From Laetmonice hystrix (taxonomy: Eukaryota), in assembly GCA_965235115.1 (NCBI GenBank), contig OZ249436.1:2730001-2794000 (forward strand): a DNA stretch of 64,000 nucleotides, written 5' to 3'. A program made the position numbers and the translations under genes. The number at the start of each line of letters is the position of its first letter. The stretch's first letter is position 1. The notes beneath the pieces are model-generated. The model had not been told where the DNA came from and ran no database searches. It saw only the letters and a list, made by a program, of their open reading frames with translations. Positions 60,909 through 64,000 of the stretch are shown here, piece by piece.

Positions 60909-61817
60909 GAAGAGTTTTCTGTCTGCATATCGTATGTCATATATTTTTTAAATGGATTCCTGACATTGTAAACTTGTCTTTTAAAAAATTAAAAGTTTCA
61001 TATCAGTAGGCCTGTTGACATTGAATAATGCAAAACGATGTCTCACCACTACACTATCGAGGATTAGACATACTGATTTATTTATATTCTCGGATATCCT
61101 ATAGCCTATAGGCCTACTTGGCTACATATAGGCCTATAGTATTAGATCTATATTATTGTCGTATCATATTATGGAAACCTATTCCAAGCTATCCATGCCG
61201 ATCGTCACAAAGGTCTAGGCCCTGTGGCCTGTTAAGAGTGAGTGAGTGAGTCAATGAGTGAGTACCCCCCTCCCCCTGCCCCCCCTGCCCCCCTCCCCCT
61301 CCCCCTCCCCCACCCCACCCGGCGCTCCCTCCTTCCCCGCCGGCCCGTCCCAACTCCTCTTACATCAAACATGGCCCCACCGGCTCAGGCCCCTCACTGC
61401 ATGCTGTCACTAGGTTTCTCCTCACAATACACTCCTCATCATGTGTAGATGACTTTCCACCCATCCTTACCCCCCCCCCCCCCCCCCCCCTCTCTCCCGT
61501 CCCTGGTCGCCAGCTTTGGACTAATGGCAAGCCAGAATGGGGATAACACACAGTCACGGCCTTTAAAATTATTGGGTCCTTAGGGTCTATTGAGACTTCT
61601 GTATGGTTACTTTACCGATCCTAACAGTCCAACAAGGAGCAATGGTCCCTGAATAAATGCTTAACACTTTGTCAGTGCGTTTAGACAAAATATTTGTCAT
61701 TGGAAAATAACACCTTCACTGTTATTAGAAAAGAGCACCGCGCGAGCCGAGATACCGAAATGGCTTATTGAAGTAGCAACTCGATCTCATACGAGTCGCG
61801 CCCATGGTTTTGAAATT

Positions 61818-62490
61818 TACCGTTAAAAGCTGTACTTGTCAAGTTACCGTTTAAGCTGTACTTGTCAAGTTACTGTTAAAAGATGTACTTGTCAAGTTAC
61901 CGTTAAAAGCTGTACTTGTCAAGTTACCGTTAAAAGCTGTAATTGTCAAGTTACCGTTAAAAGATGTACTTGTCAAGTTACCGTTAAAAGCTGTACTTGT
62001 CAAGTTACCGTTAAAAGCTGTAATTGTCAAGTTACCGTTAAAAGCTGTACTTGTCCTTAGAAGATGTTCTTGTCACGTTACCGTTAAAAGCTGTATTTGT
62101 CCTTACATGTACTTGTCAAGTTACCGTTAAAAGCTGTACTTGTCAAGTTACCGTTAAAAGCTGTATTTGTCCTTACATGTACTTGTCAAGTTACCGTTAA
62201 AAGCTGTACTTGTCAAGTTACCGTTAAAAGCTGTATTTGTCCTTACATGTACTTGTCAAGTTACCGTTAAAAGCTGTACTTGTCAAGTTACCGTTAAAAG
62301 CTGTATTTGTCCTTACATGTACTTGTCAAGTTATCGTTAAAAGATGTACTTGTCAAGTTACCGTTAGAAGCTGTACTTGTCAAGTTACCGTTAAAAGCTG
62401 TACTTGTCAAGTTACCGTTAAAAGCTGTAATTGTCAAGTTACCGTTAAAAGATGTACTTGTCAAGTTACCGTTAAAAGATGTACTTGTCG
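61818..62490. repeat. 27-bp minisatellite
   Basis: gttaccgttaaaagctgtacttgtcaa, with periodic ccttacatgt insert variants. Confidence 0.95.
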
Positions 62491-63029
62491 TGTCACTATA
62501 CAGACAATTATTTCCAAGCTTCAGGCGGAGAGGGAGTTTTATTTTTAGTGCTACAGATTGGGATAGTATAATAGCTAGCTGTAAGCCTCTAGGTTGGATC
62601 CCCATTCCATGAACGATCCATGACAAAGAGCCTATAGGTCACACAACCCTTGGGTCACTGAACTTGGGGTAAGCAGGTACACACTGATGATTCATTGGCC
62701 AATCGGTTCTAGATCTAAACGTAATGATACAATCCTGGTGTAATATGCCATGACTATCGCTGCATGTAGTCAGATGGGAACAGACGGTGAAAGCAGAGAT
62801 TCATTCTGAGCGTTGCTCACTGGAGCATGTAATGTCTGTAACGTTGATTGGGTGCGGTAATTGAGCGTTGATGCAACCACACAGCGTGACCGGAGCATCA
62901 CTTGTCGGAAATACAGATCATTTCATCCCACAATTAATCTGAAATAATTACTCAAAAAGTTATGATAATTATTATGATTCTACTCGATTAGCTCGAAATG
63001 AATGCATTTCCGACATGTTTCCGTCGTAA

Positions 63030-63116
63030 CGCCTCTCTCCGTCTCTGTCTCTCTCTGCCTCTCTCTCTGTCTCCCTGTCTCTCGCTGTCTCTATGTCTCT
63101 CTGCCTCTCTCTCTTT

Positions 63117-63157
<41 letters not shown>

Positions 63158-63266
63158 CTGTCTCTCGCTGTCTCTATGTCTCTCTGCCTCTCTCTCTCTC
63201 TTTCCCCTCTCTCTCTCTCTCTATCTCTCTAGCTCTCTCTTCCCCTTCTCTCTCTCTATCTCTCTC
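63030..63266. repeat. Imperfect (CT)n microsatellite
   Basis: Long ct-rich tract. Confidence 0.95.
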
Positions 63267-63433
63267 ATATAAACATCTACATAGACTGTATATCATTACT
63301 TTTACATTTACACTGAAAATCAGCATAATTTTGATTACTATAATCCTAAGTATTTCGAAATGTTTTTATAATTTCTTTGACCCCTATAGTTATTTTTCGA
63401 TGACGGATCTCATGCACTTTCTCTTTGTCATGC

Positions 63434-64000
63434 AGTTGAGTCTAGTCTCGTTTGTTGAGGTGACCCCTGTCTCATCATAGAACTGTCTCATGTCTCATGT
63501 CTACACAAGACTCTTGCAATCAGTTGAGTCTAGTCTCGTTCGTTGAGGTGACCCCTGTCTCATCATAGAACTGTCTCATGTCTCATGTCTACACAAGACT
63601 CTTGCAATCAGTTGAGTCTAGTCTCGTTCGTTGAGGTGACCCCTGTCTCATCATAGAACTGTCTCATGTCTCATGTCTACACAAGACTCTTGCAATCAAT
63701 TGAGTCTAGTCTCGTTCGTTGAGGTGACCCCTGTCTCATCATAGAACTGTCTCATGTCTCATGTCTACACAAGACTCTTGCAATCAGTTGAGTCTAGTCT
63801 CGTTCGTTGAGGTGACCCCTGTCTCATCATAGAACTGTCTCATGTCTCATGTCTACACAAGACTATTGCAATCAGTTGAGTCTAGTCTCGTTCGTTGAGG
63901 TGACCCCTGTCTCATCATAGAACTGTCTCATGTCTCATGTCTACACAAGACTCTTGCAATCAGTTGAGTCTAGTCTCGTTCGTTGAGGTGACCCCTGTCT
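63434..64000. repeat. 88-bp tandem repeat (>=6 copies, runs off window)
   Basis: agttgagtctagtctcgttcgttgaggtgacccctgtctcatcatagaactgtctcatgtctcatgtctacacaagactcttgcaatc. Confidence 0.95.

Overview
Eukaryotic genomic DNA from an invertebrate animal (spliceosomal GT-AG introns, TTAGGG-type repeat, many MITEs and minisatellites; probably a lophotrochozoan, which is an inference). Genes reconstructed by reading exons and splice phases: the last exon of macroH2A (+); BLOC1S2 (-) head-to-head with RNF181 (+); an hnRNP A/B/D (squid-like) gene (-) with a pair of mutually exclusive RRM1 exons and a likely 3'UTR poison exon; a divergent ~924-aa four-repeat EF-hand gene (+) with an RFX X-box, probably ciliary; an uncharacterised ~1259-aa gene (+) with 2 CCCH fingers, an internally duplicated Cys/His module and a 2.45-kb low-complexity last exon; and three identical tRNA-Asp(GTC) genes. 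The most striking pattern is that many tandem arrays are built from gene-processing signals. They copy splice donors (4 cases), an acceptor (~16 copies), stop codons (2 cases) and a polyA signal, always expanding into the non-coding side. Most ORFs in the supplied track are repeat or antisense artefacts.
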